DNA of 43,374 bases from a virus. Taxonomy: Duplodnaviria; Caudoviricetes. Position 1 is the stretch's first letter, and every line of letters starts with the position of its first letter. The stretch spans positions 1 to 43,374 of IMG/VR virus record IMGVR_UViG_3300037470_000442. One strand, given 5' to 3'. Below the pieces are notes generated by a model. That model worked only from the letters and a program-made list of their open reading frames with translations, made no database searches and was not told the origin of the DNA. Shown piece after piece: positions 43,366 to 43,374 of this stretch. The translations under genes and the position numbers were made by a program.

Positions 43366-43374
43366 GCCATCTCG
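43366..43374. repeat. Right copy of 9-bp terminal repeat
   Basis: GCCATCTCG identical to 1-9. Confidence 0.65.

Overview
This window looks like a complete ~43.4 kb temperate siphovirus genome. The host is probably an actinobacterium (inferred from WhiB, high GC and leaderless promoters). The first and last 9 nt are identical (GCCATCTCG, likely cos). Gene order: terminase, portal, protease, HK97-type capsid; a cytidylyltransferase-like/Stealth-like pair; appendage, neck and tail genes; lysis; a structured non-coding island with a 31-bp tandem repeat; tRNA-like genes; integrase/repressor/Cro; recombination genes; WhiB; an FtsH-like protease with an SPFH protein; a replication initiator with iterons; an array of small ORFs; a packaging HNH. 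Most unusual observations: (1) a circularly permuted tRNA-mimic (YrlA/Y-RNA-like) antisense between portal and protease with no Ro60 gene recognised, plus three more atypical tRNA-like elements; (2) free-standing HNH/LAGLIDADG genes that duplicate the start or end of neighbouring genes; (3) small genes ending in identical 15-20 bp RBS-containing boundary sequences; (4) ssrA-like tails on repressor and integrase; (5) phage-borne FtsH+SPFH and Stealth-like modules. All family calls come from motif recognition by eye; no searches or folding programs were run.
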